Shown here: positions 8,929 through 18,855 of the stretch, one piece after another
Numbering within the stretch: the first letter of the stretch is position 1
Layout: each line of letters begins with the position of its first letter
Assembly (NCBI GenBank): GCA_001771135.1
Contig: MESW01000002.1
Span: 69,315 to 133,314, forward strand
Source of the DNA: a candidate division CPR3 bacterium GWF2_35_18
GTDB taxonomy: Bacteria; Patescibacteriota; CPR3; GWF2-35-18
Direction: 5' to 3'
DNA: 64,000 bases
Position numbers and translations under genes: made by a program
Notes under the pieces: generated by a model
Database searches by the model: none
What the model saw: only the letters and a program-made list of their open reading frames with translations
What the model was told of the DNA's origin: nothing

Positions 8929-11900
8929 ATGAAAAAATTATCTAGACATTTTTGCTTTTTACTACTTTCTTTTAGTTTATTATTCAACTCAAGCTTTTTT
9001 CAAGCCCCTAATCTTACCTATGCAATTAATCAAACTAATACTCCGGCAACCGTTGTATTAGGACAGAACGGTTTTGATGCCTGTGATAGAGCTCCTAATT
9101 ATGGAGATATGAGAAGAGGTTTTAGTACACCTATACAAACCTTGATTGTGAATAATAAATTGATGGTTTCGGATTATGCTAATAGCAGAATATTTATTTA
9201 CAATACTATACCGGATTCTTATTTAGATGTACCAGATGTTGTGATTGGACAAAATAATCTATGTAATAATCTGATAAATAAATATCAAGGTCCTACAATA
9301 GTAGCGGCAGATACTTTATATTATCCATATTATATTTATTCTGATGGGACAAAACTCTTCGTAGCCGATTATTTGAATAATCGAGTATTAATTTACAACG
9401 AGATTCCAACTTCTAATAATGCTTCGGCAGATGTTGTAATTGGGCAACCAAACATGACCAGTAATACGGCTAATAATGGTGGTCTCGGGGCAAATACACT
9501 TTATAGACCTCTAGGAGTTTATTCTGATAACACCAAACTTTATATTGCTGATACAAGTAATAATCGAGTATTAGTTTACAATGAAATTCCAACTTCTAAT
9601 AATGCTTCAGCAGATGTTGTAATTGGGCAACCAAACATGACCAGTAATACGGCTAATAATGGTGGTAGAGCTGCTAATCGTTTAAATGCTCCTTATGCTA
9701 TAACTGTTAATAATGGGAAAATCTATATAAGTGATTTAAGTAATAATCGTGTATTGATTTTTAATTCTATTCCAACTTCAAATGATGCTTCTGCAGATAT
9801 TGTTGTCGGTCAAACTAACATGACGAATGGAGCTGCAAATCAAGGCGTAGCTGTAGCTTCAAACACCTTATCTTCGCCTATTTATACTCAAATAGCGAAT
9901 AATAAATTATATATTACTGATCGTGGAAATCACCGAGTATTAGTTTATAATAGTATTCCCATTGTAAATAATACTTCCGCCGATCTAGTGATAGGGCAAC
10001 CAAATATGACTAGTAACACGGCCAATAACGGTGGAATAAGTTCACAAACCCTTAATAATCCTACTGGTTTATCAGTTACTACGAATAAAATGATCATCAC
10101 GGATTCAAGTAATCATCGATTATTAATATTTAATACTTTACCCTTAACCAATAATCCGGAAGCAGATATTGTTATTGGCCAGAAAGATTTTACGCATAAT
10201 TTATCTTATATGGGAGCTGTTAATTCACAATCTCTATCGGCCGGTTGGAATACTGCTTTTTCCGATGGACAGAGATTATATGTCGTTGATTATGCTAACA
10301 ATCGAGTATTAATTTATAACTCAATTCCTACAGATAGTAATACTCCAGCCGATGTCGTAATTGGTCAACCGGACATGACCAGTAATATTGCAAATAATGG
10401 TGGATTAAGTGCAAAATCATTGAATCATCCCGTAGAAGTTTTTGCTTATCAAAATAAACTATATATATCAGATTACTCTAATAGTAGAGTATTAATATTT
10501 AATACTATCCCTTCAACTAATTTTGCCGAAGCTGATATTGTAATAGGGCAGCCAAATATGACCAGTAATACTGCTAATAACGGCGGCCTTGGGGCAAATA
10601 CTCTTTATTATCCAGGTTCTACGTATACTAATGGAGAAAAATTAATTATCGCCGATTATAATAATCATCGAGTTTTAATATATAACACAATCCCTACCAA
10701 TAATAATGCAAGTGCTGATGTAGTAGTCGGTCAACCAAATATGACAACAAGATCAATAAATTATGGAGGTTTAAGTGCTAGCTCTCTATATTATCCATAT
10801 GTTGTATCCTCAAACGGTAGTAATTTAGTAGTTACCGATTATAGTAATAGTAGAATACTTATTTATAACTCTATTCCTACATCGAATCTAAGTAGTGCTG
10901 ATGTAGTAGTTGGTCAACCAAATATGACTAGTAATGGATGTAATAATGGTGGAATAAATGCAAATACTGTGTGTAATCCATGGTATGCTTATACAGATGG
11001 TATTAGATTATTTATTGCCGATACTGCCAACTATCGAATACTTATTTATAATTCTATACCTACAAATAACTTTACAAACGCAGATATTCTAATCGGACAA
11101 CTTGATTTTACGCATAAGGATATTAATCAGAATGGAGATGCGTCGCAATATACTTTAACTGCTCCCTATTCAGTAATTACTGATAATCATAATTTAATAG
11201 TATATGATGCAATGAATTATCGTGTACTCTTCTACCCTCTTGGCCCTCAAAACACGGGTGTTACCACAGACAGCTATAGTAATTCTCAGAACATTGATTT
11301 AACCCTCTCTGCAGATGATGCAAAAGAGATGATGATCTCTGAAGATAGTGGATTTACCGGAGTCTCATGGGAATCATTCTCCACTTCCAAAGATTTTACC
11401 TTATCTACCATAGAAGGTAGTAAGACTGTCTATGTAAAGATGAGAGATTATGCTAATTACGAAGGAGATACTTTATCTACTACACTAACCTATGACGCTA
11501 CCTCTCCCACGGGGAGTCTTACCATCAACTCTGGAGCTACCACTACTAATAGCAGGGGAGTCACACTCACTCTTTCAGCTGACGATGCTCTTTCTGGAGT
11601 AGTCTCGATGATGATTTCTGAAGATAGTGGGTTTAATGGAGCATCCTGGGAAAATTATGATACCTCTAAGGATTGGATCCTTACCTCTGGAGATGGAATT
11701 AAGACAGTCTATGCTAAGTATAAGGATGTTGCTGGGAATATTTCTGAGAGAGTCTCTGGAAACATCGAGATGGATACTAATATCCCCGAAGGAGAGATTA
11801 TTATCGTTAGTCCTACGGAGAATGCTTATGTAAACAGTGAAACAGTCACTCTGACTTTAGAAGGAACCGATGAATTAACAGAGGTGTTTGAGATGATGAT

Positions 11901-12510
11901 CTCTGAAGATCCAAACTTCATCGGAGCTTCATGGGAAACATATACAACAACCAAAGAGTGGACATTTTCTGAGGGAGATGGAATTAAGGTAATATATATA
12001 AAGTATCGTGACTCCGCTCAGAATGAAAGCTTAATATACAGCTCCAGTATCATACTAGATACAGTAACCACTATAGATCTTACTAAGCTGGGAGGTAATA
12101 CCTTTAATACAGATATAACTGATTGGGAGATAGAAGATAATAAACCTAGCTTTGAAGGAACAGGGGAGGTAGATGCAGAGGTTGTAGTTACCATCAATTC
12201 TGATTCCATAATAGGAACTTCCATTGTAGATAGTGGTGGGAATTGGATCTGTACTCCAGAAACAGAGATTCCTGTTGGAAAGCATGAGGTAACGATAACC
12301 TCTACCGATCTAGCATCTAATACCGATACTCTCTCATTCAATCTTTCCGTACTTGGAGCTACTGATACACAAGAACAAATAGAAGGACCTGAAGAGCTAC
12401 CTAATACCGGAGTACAAACAATCATTATCTTCTTCATGGTAATAGCACTATTTTGGACAGCTACAAATCTGAGAATCATTGATAAACTTAGAAGTTTTAT
12501 GAAGAGATAA
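8929..12510 (+). CDS. Large LPXTG-anchored surface protein: signal peptide, about 14 NHL-type beta-propeller repeats, 3 tandem ~115-aa Ig-like repeats, Ig-like stalk, LPNTG sortase signal
   Basis: 1193 aa. N-terminal signal peptide. Repeated N(N/H)RVL(I/V)YN..IP..N..AD(V/I)V(I/V)GQPNMTSNTANNGG units. Three MMISED..GF.G.SWE.Y.T.K.W....GDGIKTVY.KY.D repeats. C-terminal LPNTG, then a hydrophobic segment and a basic tail (RIIDKLRSFMKR). Confidence 0.85.
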   Translation: MKKLSRHFCFLLLSFSLLFNSSFFQAPNLTYAINQTNTPATVVLGQNGFDACDRAPNYGDMRRGFSTPIQTLIVNNKLMVSDYANSRIFIYNTIPDSYLDVPDVVIGQNNLCNNLINKYQGPTIVAADTLYYPYYIYSDGTKLFVADYLNNRVLIYNEIPTSNNASADVVIGQPNMTSNTANNGGLGANTLYRPLGVYSDNTKLYIADTSNNRVLVYNEIPTSNNASADVVIGQPNMTSNTANNGGRAANRLNAPYAITVNNGKIYISDLSNNRVLIFNSIPTSNDASADIVVGQTNMTNGAANQGVAVASNTLSSPIYTQIANNKLYITDRGNHRVLVYNSIPIVNNTSADLVIGQPNMTSNTANNGGISSQTLNNPTGLSVTTNKMIITDSSNHRLLIFNTLPLTNNPEADIVIGQKDFTHNLSYMGAVNSQSLSAGWNTAFSDGQRLYVVDYANNRVLIYNSIPTDSNTPADVVIGQPDMTSNIANNGGLSAKSLNHPVEVFAYQNKLYISDYSNSRVLIFNTIPSTNFAEADIVIGQPNMTSNTANNGGLGANTLYYPGSTYTNGEKLIIADYNNHRVLIYNTIPTNNNASADVVVGQPNMTTRSINYGGLSASSLYYPYVVSSNGSNLVVTDYSNSRILIYNSIPTSNLSSADVVVGQPNMTSNGCNNGGINANTVCNPWYAYTDGIRLFIADTANYRILIYNSIPTNNFTNADILIGQLDFTHKDINQNGDASQYTLTAPYSVITDNHNLIVYDAMNYRVLFYPLGPQNTGVTTDSYSNSQNIDLTLSADDAKEMMISEDSGFTGVSWESFSTSKDFTLSTIEGSKTVYVKMRDYANYEGDTLSTTLTYDATSPTGSLTINSGATTTNSRGVTLTLSADDALSGVVSMMISEDSGFNGASWENYDTSKDWILTSGDGIKTVYAKYKDVAGNISERVSGNIEMDTNIPEGEIIIVSPTENAYVNSETVTLTLEGTDELTEVFEMMISEDPNFIGASWETYTTTKEWTFSEGDGIKVIYIKYRDSAQNESLIYSSSIILDTVTTIDLTKLGGNTFNTDITDWEIEDNKPSFEGTGEVDAEVVVTINSDSIIGTSIVDSGGNWICTPETEIPVGKHEVTITSTDLASNTDTLSFNLSVLGATDTQEQIEGPEELPNTGVQTIIIFFMVIALFWTATNLRIIDKLRSFMKR
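9397..9668 (+). repeat. Near-identical intragenic tandem repeat (unit about 183 bp, 61 codons) inside the LPXTG gene
   Basis: 9397-9485 and 9580-9668 are about 97% identical at DNA level. More diverged copies with the same period occur through about 10950. Confidence 0.6.
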
Positions 12511-12524
12511 ATTAGAAATATGGA

Positions 12525-13397
12525 TTAGAGTTCTTCGAGTTTGAAGGTTTCTTTGTAAGCAGTTCTAACATGTTCTAAGTATTTTTCTGTAGTTGATAAT
12601 CTTTTGTGTCCTACGATTTTTGAGATCAAAATGAGGCTAGTTCCTTTCATGAGGTGATGGGCGATAAAGGTATGTCGAAGGTCATTTACTTTTGCGTTTT
12701 TTACTCCCGCCTTACTAAAATATCGATCGATTGCAGATCGAATATTTCTGATTAATAGCGGTTTTCCAGTTTTAGTCACAAAAAGAGTTTCTTCTTTTGT
12801 GTTTGGCCTGATTTTTAAATATTCAGATATTGATTTAATTACAGATTTATTTAAAGGAACATTACGGCCTTCGTGTCCATGAGATGGTTGAATTATTAGC
12901 TCTCCGCTATTTTTTGTTTTATCAATAATTACATCTTCTACTCGAAGATTTCTCAATTCTCCAATACGAATACCTGTTTGTAAAAGAATTTCTACAATGG
13001 CAGCTATTCTTGGATCCTCACGACAAGAGTCTCTTAAAGCTCGATATTCAATTTTTGATAGAATTCTGGGAGCTGGAGTATCAAACTTGGGATGCGATAT
13101 TAAATTTGCAGGATTGTCAGTGATATATTCATTTAGTTCAAGAAAGCGGAAAAAAGTCTTAGTGCTATTTGTCTTTCGGGAGATACTTTTAGTGGTATAA
13201 TTTTCTTTTTCAAGTTTTGCCATGAAGGCTTGAAGATCGTTTTTGTTAATATGAGTTGTTCTAGTTTTACTTAAATTTTCTAGAAATTCTATAAGTTGTT
13301 CTATATCTTTACCATATGCAAGAATAGTCGCTTGAGAGCGGTCTTTTTCCGTAAGATGTTCTACAAATTTTTTGTGAGCTTCTTTCAATTCGATCAT
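12525..13397 (-). CDS. Tyrosine site-specific recombinase, XerC/XerD family (possible integrase). Start trimmed to the internal Met of the 12525-13514 ORF.
   Basis: C-terminus LRHTFIAHHLMKGTSLILISKIVGHKRLSTTEKYLEH matches the R..H..R..Y catalytic signature. The N-terminal SAM-like core-binding domain begins MIELKEAHKKFVEHL. The first 39 codons of the ORF look non-coding and overlap the neighbouring ORF. Confidence 0.8.
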   Translation of the reverse strand: MIELKEAHKKFVEHLTEKDRSQATILAYGKDIEQLIEFLENLSKTRTTHINKNDLQAFMAKLEKENYTTKSISRKTNSTKTFFRFLELNEYITDNPANLISHPKFDTPAPRILSKIEYRALRDSCREDPRIAAIVEILLQTGIRIGELRNLRVEDVIIDKTKNSGELIIQPSHGHEGRNVPLNKSVIKSISEYLKIRPNTKEETLFVTKTGKPLLIRNIRSAIDRYFSKAGVKNAKVNDLRHTFIAHHLMKGTSLILISKIVGHKRLSTTEKYLEHVRTAYKETFKLEEL

Positions 13398-13683
13398 ATT
13401 AACAGTGAATAATAATTTAAACGACAATATATTATGATATTCTTTTAATGAAAAGAAATTAAGGTTGGATAATTGTCGAAGTCGTAATGTAGCATATCTT
13501 TTGTTTTGTGTCAAGAACTATAGGATATATAATCTTTTTATTTCTTTATTAACAAGCCATTTACATATATTTTATAAAGTTGAAAATGTTAATCAGTGGC
13601 CGAAAATAGATATCATTAAGAATGTTTTAAATTTGAAATTCTACTTTGCAATTTTTAATCTTTTAAGTATATACTTAAAAGAT

Positions 13684-14217
13684 ATGTTTTTTAAAGCAAA
13701 TAAAGAATTATTAAAACATAAAGCTTCCAATAAACACGACGTAAAAGTGAATATATTTGATGATTCTAGCAATGAAGTACAAGATAAAAACTCTATAAAA
13801 TCGCCGAAAATCTTTACTGATAAACCGAGATTTCTTCATAAAAAAAATCAAACTTTTACGATTGAGACTTTTTTTTCTTCAATATTAATTATTTTTCTTT
13901 TATGGTTAGCTTTTTCTTTAAGTAAATCTTTATGGCAAACAATTAGTAATCAAACAAGGATCATTAAAGAAAATGAAGAAAGAGATAAGCTTTCAGAAGA
14001 AGTTGTTTTTTTGCAGGAAAAACTAAGTTACTTAAAGTCAGAGAGTTATATAGAAGAAGAAGGTCGGAACAAATTAGGATTAGCGAAAGATGGTGAAAAG
14101 GTTCTTATTATTCCTGAAGATACATTAAATGAAATTGAAGCATCTCTAGAAGAAGATACGGAGTTTTCTGTTAAGAGTCTTTCCGTTTGGGAGCAATGGT
14201 TTAAATTCTTCTTTTAG
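13684..14217 (+). CDS. FtsB/DivIC-like septum-formation initiator (single TM + coiled coil); start moved to an internal Met
   Basis: Has a TM segment (ILIIFLLWLAFSL) followed by a coiled coil and the conserved ...YIEEEGRNKLGLAKDGEKV... tail typical of FtsB/DivIC. The upstream 13465 start overlaps the recombinase gene. Confidence 0.5.
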   Translation: MFFKANKELLKHKASNKHDVKVNIFDDSSNEVQDKNSIKSPKIFTDKPRFLHKKNQTFTIETFFSSILIIFLLWLAFSLSKSLWQTISNQTRIIKENEERDKLSEEVVFLQEKLSYLKSESYIEEEGRNKLGLAKDGEKVLIIPEDTLNEIEASLEEDTEFSVKSLSVWEQWFKFFF

Positions 14218-14298
14218 TATTGTATTTCTAAATTGACGATAAATGACCCCTATGCTATGATTGGGAAGCTTTCTAATGGAATATGTACTATATTATAT

Positions 14299-14373
14299 CG
14301 CGGGGTGGAGCAGTGGTAGCTCGCAAGGCTCATAACCTTGAGGTCAGCGGTTCGAGTCCGCTCCCCGCTACCA
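14299..14373 (+). tRNA. tRNA-Met (CAU), initiator-like (5' CGCGGGG with 1:72 mismatch), CCA encoded
   Basis: CGCGGGGTGGAGCAGTGGTAGCTCG-CAAGG-CTCATAA-CCTTG...CCCCGCTACCA. Strong resemblance to bacterial tRNA-fMet. Confidence 0.8.
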
Positions 14374-14510
14374 AGGATGTAAATTCGAAATTCAAAGCAC
14401 GGAGTTCGAAACAATAATTAAATTTCAAAAGAGCCAAGATATTTCTAATTTGAGATTTAAAAATTAGAATTTGTTTAGAATTTCGGATTTTGGGCTTCGA
14501 ATTTTTTTAT

Positions 14511-14582
14511 GCCAGGGTAGCTCAGTGGTAGAGCAGCAGACTCATAAGCTGTCGGTCGTGGGTTCAAATCCCGCCCCTGGCA
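14511..14582 (+). tRNA. tRNA with CAU anticodon (elongator Met or lysidine-type Ile2)
   Basis: GCCAGGG-TA-GCTC-AGTGGTA-GAGC...CTCATAA...GTGGG-TTCAAAT-CCCGC-CCCTGGC-A. No CCA encoded. Confidence 0.75.
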
Positions 14583-14684
14583 TATAATTGATGGGTGTTA
14601 GCAGTCTCCTGATGTGAAATATTTATGAAGTTTCGCTTGTAAAAAATTTAGAAAATATCATCAAATATAAAGAAAGATTAATAA

Positions 14685-16598
14685 ATGGCAACTACAAATA
14701 ATGGAAATCAAAACAAAATAATTCCGAATCATAAAAAAATAGTTGGGCAGGGAAATATTTTTAAAGGAATAATTATTTATATTATCCTTGCTGTGATAGG
14801 TTTGTACGTCTTTTATACATTTTTTACTCCTTCTAACTTATTTGAAAAAGAAGTTCCTCTAACTGAGATTGCACAGGATATTAAAGATAATAAAGTTGAA
14901 AAAGTGTTTGTTACGTCTGAAAAACTGACTGTAAATTATAAAGATGGACAACAGAAGATATCGCGTATAAGTGGTCAAGATGGAGTGATAGAAGCTTTTA
15001 AAAATTTAGGAGTAGATCCTTCAAAAATTGAAATAAAATTTGAGAATACTTCCACATCATCTTTTTGGGTAAACTTAATAGCTCAATTTTTTCCTGTACT
15101 TTTGATGATTGTTTTCTTTTTTATCATTATGCGTCAAGCTCAGTCATCAGGTTCAAATATCTTATCTTTTGGAAAATCGAAGGCAAAACTTTTTACAAAA
15201 GATAAAACTAGAGTTACTTTTAATGATGCTGCTGGTGTAGAGGAAGCAAAAAAAGAGTTACAGGAAGTAGTTGAATTTCTGAAATATCCTAAAAAATTTA
15301 CCAGTTTAGGAGCTAAAATTCCTCGAGGAGTACTTCTTGTAGGTGCTCCTGGAACAGGAAAAACTCTTCTGGCTCGTGCCGTTGCAGGAGAAGCTGGCGT
15401 TCCGTTTTTTTCTATCGCTGGTTCAGAGTTTATGGAAATGCTTGTTGGAGTTGGTGCTTCTCGTGTCCGTGATCTTTTTGGTGAAGCTAAAAAGAATGCT
15501 CCGGCAATTCTTTTTATCGATGAATTAGATGCAATCGGAAGACAGCGTGGAGCTGGTATTGGGGGAGGACATGATGAACGAGAACAAACTTTGAATCAAA
15601 TATTAGTAGAGATGGACGGATTTGATCAGACAGTAAATGTTATCGTTATTGCTGCTACAAATCGTCCGGATATTCTAGATCCCGCTTTAATGCGTCCGGG
15701 TCGTTTTGATAGACGAGTTGTGATTAATTACCCTGATATGGAAGGTCGAAAGGGCATAATTAAAATTCATATGAAGAAAAAACCAATCACTGAGGATGTT
15801 AATATTGATAAATTGGCTCGTCGTACCGTAGGTTTCTCGGGTGCTGATCTAGAAAATATGTTGAATGAAGCCGCAATTCTTGCCGCATCTCAAGGAAAAA
15901 ATAAGATTAATGCTGCAGATATTGAAGAAGCAGCAACAAAAGTGAAGCTAGGTCCAGAGAAAAAACGATTACAAACTGAGGAAGATCGAGAAATAATTGC
16001 TTATCATGAATCTGGTCACGCGGTTACTACTTATTTTTTGCCTCAAACTGATCCAGTGCATCGGATCTCTATTGTATCTAGGGGTTTAGCACTTGGTTAT
16101 ACTATGACTCCTCCACAAACAGATCGTTATAATGAAAATAAAACCAGACTACTTAATCAAATTGCAACTCTTTTGGGAGGAAGAGCCGCTGAGGAAATTG
16201 TTTTTAATGAACAAACAGTAGGAGCTTCTTCAGATATAGAAACAGCAACCGGTATCGCTCGTGAGATGGTTTGTCGCTATGGAATGAGTACTCTAGGGCC
16301 AATTATGTTGGGAGAGAAAGAAGAGTTAATCTTTTTAAGTCGAGATTTACACGAAAAGAGAAATTATTCTGAAGAGTTTGCTTCGAAGATTGATGTGGAG
16401 ATTGAGAAGATTATTAATCAGAGTTACAACAAAGCAAAAGAGATCTTAATAAAGAATCGAAATAAATTAGACCTTCTTGCCCAAAAGTTAATGAAACAGG
16501 AAACTGTTGAAAGTGAAGAATTTGAAAAGTTAATGCAACAAGATATAACTTCAAATAATCAAAAAAGTAAGAAGTCTGCTAGTAAAACAAAAATATAG
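14685..16598 (+). CDS. ftsH: ATP-dependent zinc metalloprotease FtsH
   Basis: 637 aa. N-terminal TM, AAA+ Walker A GAPGTGKT, second region of homology, and HESGHA zinc motif. Confidence 0.95.
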   Translation: MATTNNGNQNKIIPNHKKIVGQGNIFKGIIIYIILAVIGLYVFYTFFTPSNLFEKEVPLTEIAQDIKDNKVEKVFVTSEKLTVNYKDGQQKISRISGQDGVIEAFKNLGVDPSKIEIKFENTSTSSFWVNLIAQFFPVLLMIVFFFIIMRQAQSSGSNILSFGKSKAKLFTKDKTRVTFNDAAGVEEAKKELQEVVEFLKYPKKFTSLGAKIPRGVLLVGAPGTGKTLLARAVAGEAGVPFFSIAGSEFMEMLVGVGASRVRDLFGEAKKNAPAILFIDELDAIGRQRGAGIGGGHDEREQTLNQILVEMDGFDQTVNVIVIAATNRPDILDPALMRPGRFDRRVVINYPDMEGRKGIIKIHMKKKPITEDVNIDKLARRTVGFSGADLENMLNEAAILAASQGKNKINAADIEEAATKVKLGPEKKRLQTEEDREIIAYHESGHAVTTYFLPQTDPVHRISIVSRGLALGYTMTPPQTDRYNENKTRLLNQIATLLGGRAAEEIVFNEQTVGASSDIETATGIAREMVCRYGMSTLGPIMLGEKEELIFLSRDLHEKRNYSEEFASKIDVEIEKIINQSYNKAKEILIKNRNKLDLLAQKLMKQETVESEEFEKLMQQDITSNNQKSKKSASKTKI

Positions 16599-16634
16599 AA
16601 ACGATATATAACTTTTTACTTGAATTAGAATAAT

Positions 16635-17567
16635 ATGAACGATTCTAAGATAGTTATTTTTGACGCACATGCTTTGATACATCGAGCTTATCATGCTTTA
16701 CCACCCCTTACAACTTCGGAAGGGATTCCAATAAATGCTGTCTACGGATTTGTGAAAATAGTTTTAAATATATTAGAAACAATGTCTCCCAATTATGTTG
16801 CGGTGGCTTTTGATACAAGAACTCCTACTTTTAGACATGTGGACTACAGTGAATATAAAGCAAATCGTCCTCCTTCTCCAGATGATTTGAAAATACAATT
16901 TCCAATTGTTAAACAGATAGTTGAAGACCTTGGATTATCTTCTTTTGAAGTTGAAGGTTATGAAGCTGATGACGTTATCGGGGCTTTAGTTAATAAATTT
17001 GAAAAAAGTGTTTCCAACTCTGAAATATTTATAGTTACTGGAGATTTTGATGCTACTCAGCTTGTAAATGATCATATAAAGATTTTTACTCTTGGGAAAA
17101 GAATTGAAAATACTTCTATTTGGTCTAAAAAAGATTTGATGGAAAAATTCCAACTTTCTTATCCAAAACAGATTATCGATTATAAAGCTTTAAGAGGGGA
17201 TCCGTCGGACAATATTCCTGGCGTTAAAGGTATTGGGGAGAAGACAGCCTCAATATTATTAAAAAACTTTAAGAACCTAGAGACAATTTATGAGAATATT
17301 GATAAAGTAGAGTCAAAATATCGTCAAAAGTTAGTAGATGATAGGACAAATGCCTTTCTATCAAAGAAATTAGCGACTATTATCAGTGATGTGCCACTAT
17401 CTTTTAAAGTAGATGAATGTAAATATCATAGTTTTGATAGAGAAAAGATAGTACCTGTTTTGGAAAAATACGAATTTCGAAGTTTAATAAAAAAATTCAC
17501 GAGAAAAGATATCTCAAAAACAGTACAAAAAAAAGACGAAAATGAACAACTCTCCTTTATCGAATAA
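16635..17567 (+). CDS. 5'-3' exonuclease (FEN-like; N-terminal domain of DNA polymerase I) as a separate ORF
   Basis: 310 aa. MNDSKIVIFDAHALIHRAYHAL..., GYEADDVIG, and H3TH region (GIGEKTA). Confidence 0.85.
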   Translation: MNDSKIVIFDAHALIHRAYHALPPLTTSEGIPINAVYGFVKIVLNILETMSPNYVAVAFDTRTPTFRHVDYSEYKANRPPSPDDLKIQFPIVKQIVEDLGLSSFEVEGYEADDVIGALVNKFEKSVSNSEIFIVTGDFDATQLVNDHIKIFTLGKRIENTSIWSKKDLMEKFQLSYPKQIIDYKALRGDPSDNIPGVKGIGEKTASILLKNFKNLETIYENIDKVESKYRQKLVDDRTNAFLSKKLATIISDVPLSFKVDECKYHSFDREKIVPVLEKYEFRSLIKKFTRKDISKTVQKKDENEQLSFIE

Positions 17568-18855
17568 AAACAACAGAGAATCAGTAAGTATTTCAGACGA
17601 ATTACATCCATACAATGTTGATAATATAGATGGTCAGATACAAAACCTGTTAACAACTATGAGCAAAGTGGGATTTCTTATAGATGTTGAGGTTATAAAT
17701 AATCTAGAAGTGGAGGTTGAGGATCTTCTTAAAAAGTTATCTGTTAGGATATTTCATCATATCGGATATGATATAAACTTAAATTCGTCAAAGCAAATTG
17801 CAAAGTTATTATATGAAGATTTAGAGCTTCCGTCAGGTAAAAAGAAAAAAACCGGTTTTTCCACTGATGAAGTGACATTGAAAAAAATTAAAAAGCTACA
17901 TCCAATAATTCCCTTAATATTAGAATATAGAACGGTTTACAAATTAAAAAGTACCTACTTAGAATCATTAAGATGTCGTATTGAGGAAGATGGAAGGATT
18001 CATTCGACGTTTCTACTTGATGTGGCAAGTACTGGGAGGATAGTTAGCAGAGACCCAAATTTACAAAATATTCCGATCAGAGGTAGTTGGGGAGAAAAAA
18101 TTCGAAAAGCTTTTATCGTTCCTTGCGAGAAGATATTAATTGCGATTGATTATTCTCAAATAGATCTGCGAGTATTAACACATTTTTCTAAAGAATCAAA
18201 ATTAATAGAAGCTTTCAAGCAAAATCAAGATATTCATCTCTCAACAGCAATGGAGATTTTTAATAAAAAAGCTTCGGATATTACTGCTGATGAACGTCGA
18301 ATAGCAAAAACAGTGAATTTTGGCATTATTTATGGAATTAGTCCTCACGGACTTTCTGAGAGTTTAGAAATTAATCAAAAACAAGCTGCTTATTTTATCA
18401 AAACCTATTTAGATAAATATCCTCAGGTAAAACAGTATCTTGATCTAAGTCGACAGAATGCTTTAAAAAATGGTTATACGGAAACACTTGGTGGAGAAAA
18501 AAGATATATTCCAGAGTTAAAAAGTAAGAATCATTTTATTCGAAGTTCTGGAGAGAGAATGGCTATTAACTATCCTATTCAGGGAAGTTCCGCGGAGATA
18601 ATCAAATTGGCAATGTTAGATATTGATTGTGAATTTGTTAGACGAAAATTATCGTCTTCAAAGATGATTTTACAAATTCATGATGAATTAGTCTTTGAAG
18701 TAGAGAATGAGGAAAAAGATGCTGTAATAAAAATCGTAAAAGAAAAAATGGAAAATGTAGTAAAACTCATTATTCCGTTGAAAGTTAGTATTAAAGAAGG
18801 TGTCAATTGGGGAGAGATGACAGAAATTTTAAAATTGGAGATGGCAATAAAATGA
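17542..18855 (+). CDS. polA: DNA polymerase I polymerase domain only (no 3'-5' exonuclease domain)
   Basis: 437 aa. Family-A motifs: motif A DYSQIDLRVL, motif B RRIAKTVNFGIIYG, motif C QIHDELVFE. Overlaps the upstream exonuclease ORF by 26 nt in a different frame. Confidence 0.85.
   Translation: MNNSPLSNKNNRESVSISDELHPYNVDNIDGQIQNLLTTMSKVGFLIDVEVINNLEVEVEDLLKKLSVRIFHHIGYDINLNSSKQIAKLLYEDLELPSGKKKKTGFSTDEVTLKKIKKLHPIIPLILEYRTVYKLKSTYLESLRCRIEEDGRIHSTFLLDVASTGRIVSRDPNLQNIPIRGSWGEKIRKAFIVPCEKILIAIDYSQIDLRVLTHFSKESKLIEAFKQNQDIHLSTAMEIFNKKASDITADERRIAKTVNFGIIYGISPHGLSESLEINQKQAAYFIKTYLDKYPQVKQYLDLSRQNALKNGYTETLGGEKRYIPELKSKNHFIRSSGERMAINYPIQGSSAEIIKLAMLDIDCEFVRRKLSSSKMILQIHDELVFEVENEEKDAVIKIVKEKMENVVKLIIPLKVSIKEGVNWGEMTEILKLEMAIK

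Noticed and set aside
11627-12479. ORFs 11627-11833 (+), 12018-12479 (-), 12055-12285 (-)
   Set aside because: Alternative-frame or antisense ORFs nested in the 1193-aa LPXTG gene. Their low-complexity translations are typical of repeat-derived artefacts.
13465-13683. Long N-terminal extension of the FtsB-like ORF starting at 13465
   Set aside because: It overlaps the recombinase gene on the opposite strand by 50 nt and is Leu/Phe/Ile-rich without coding signal. The internal ATG at 13684 precedes the TM and coiled-coil segments.
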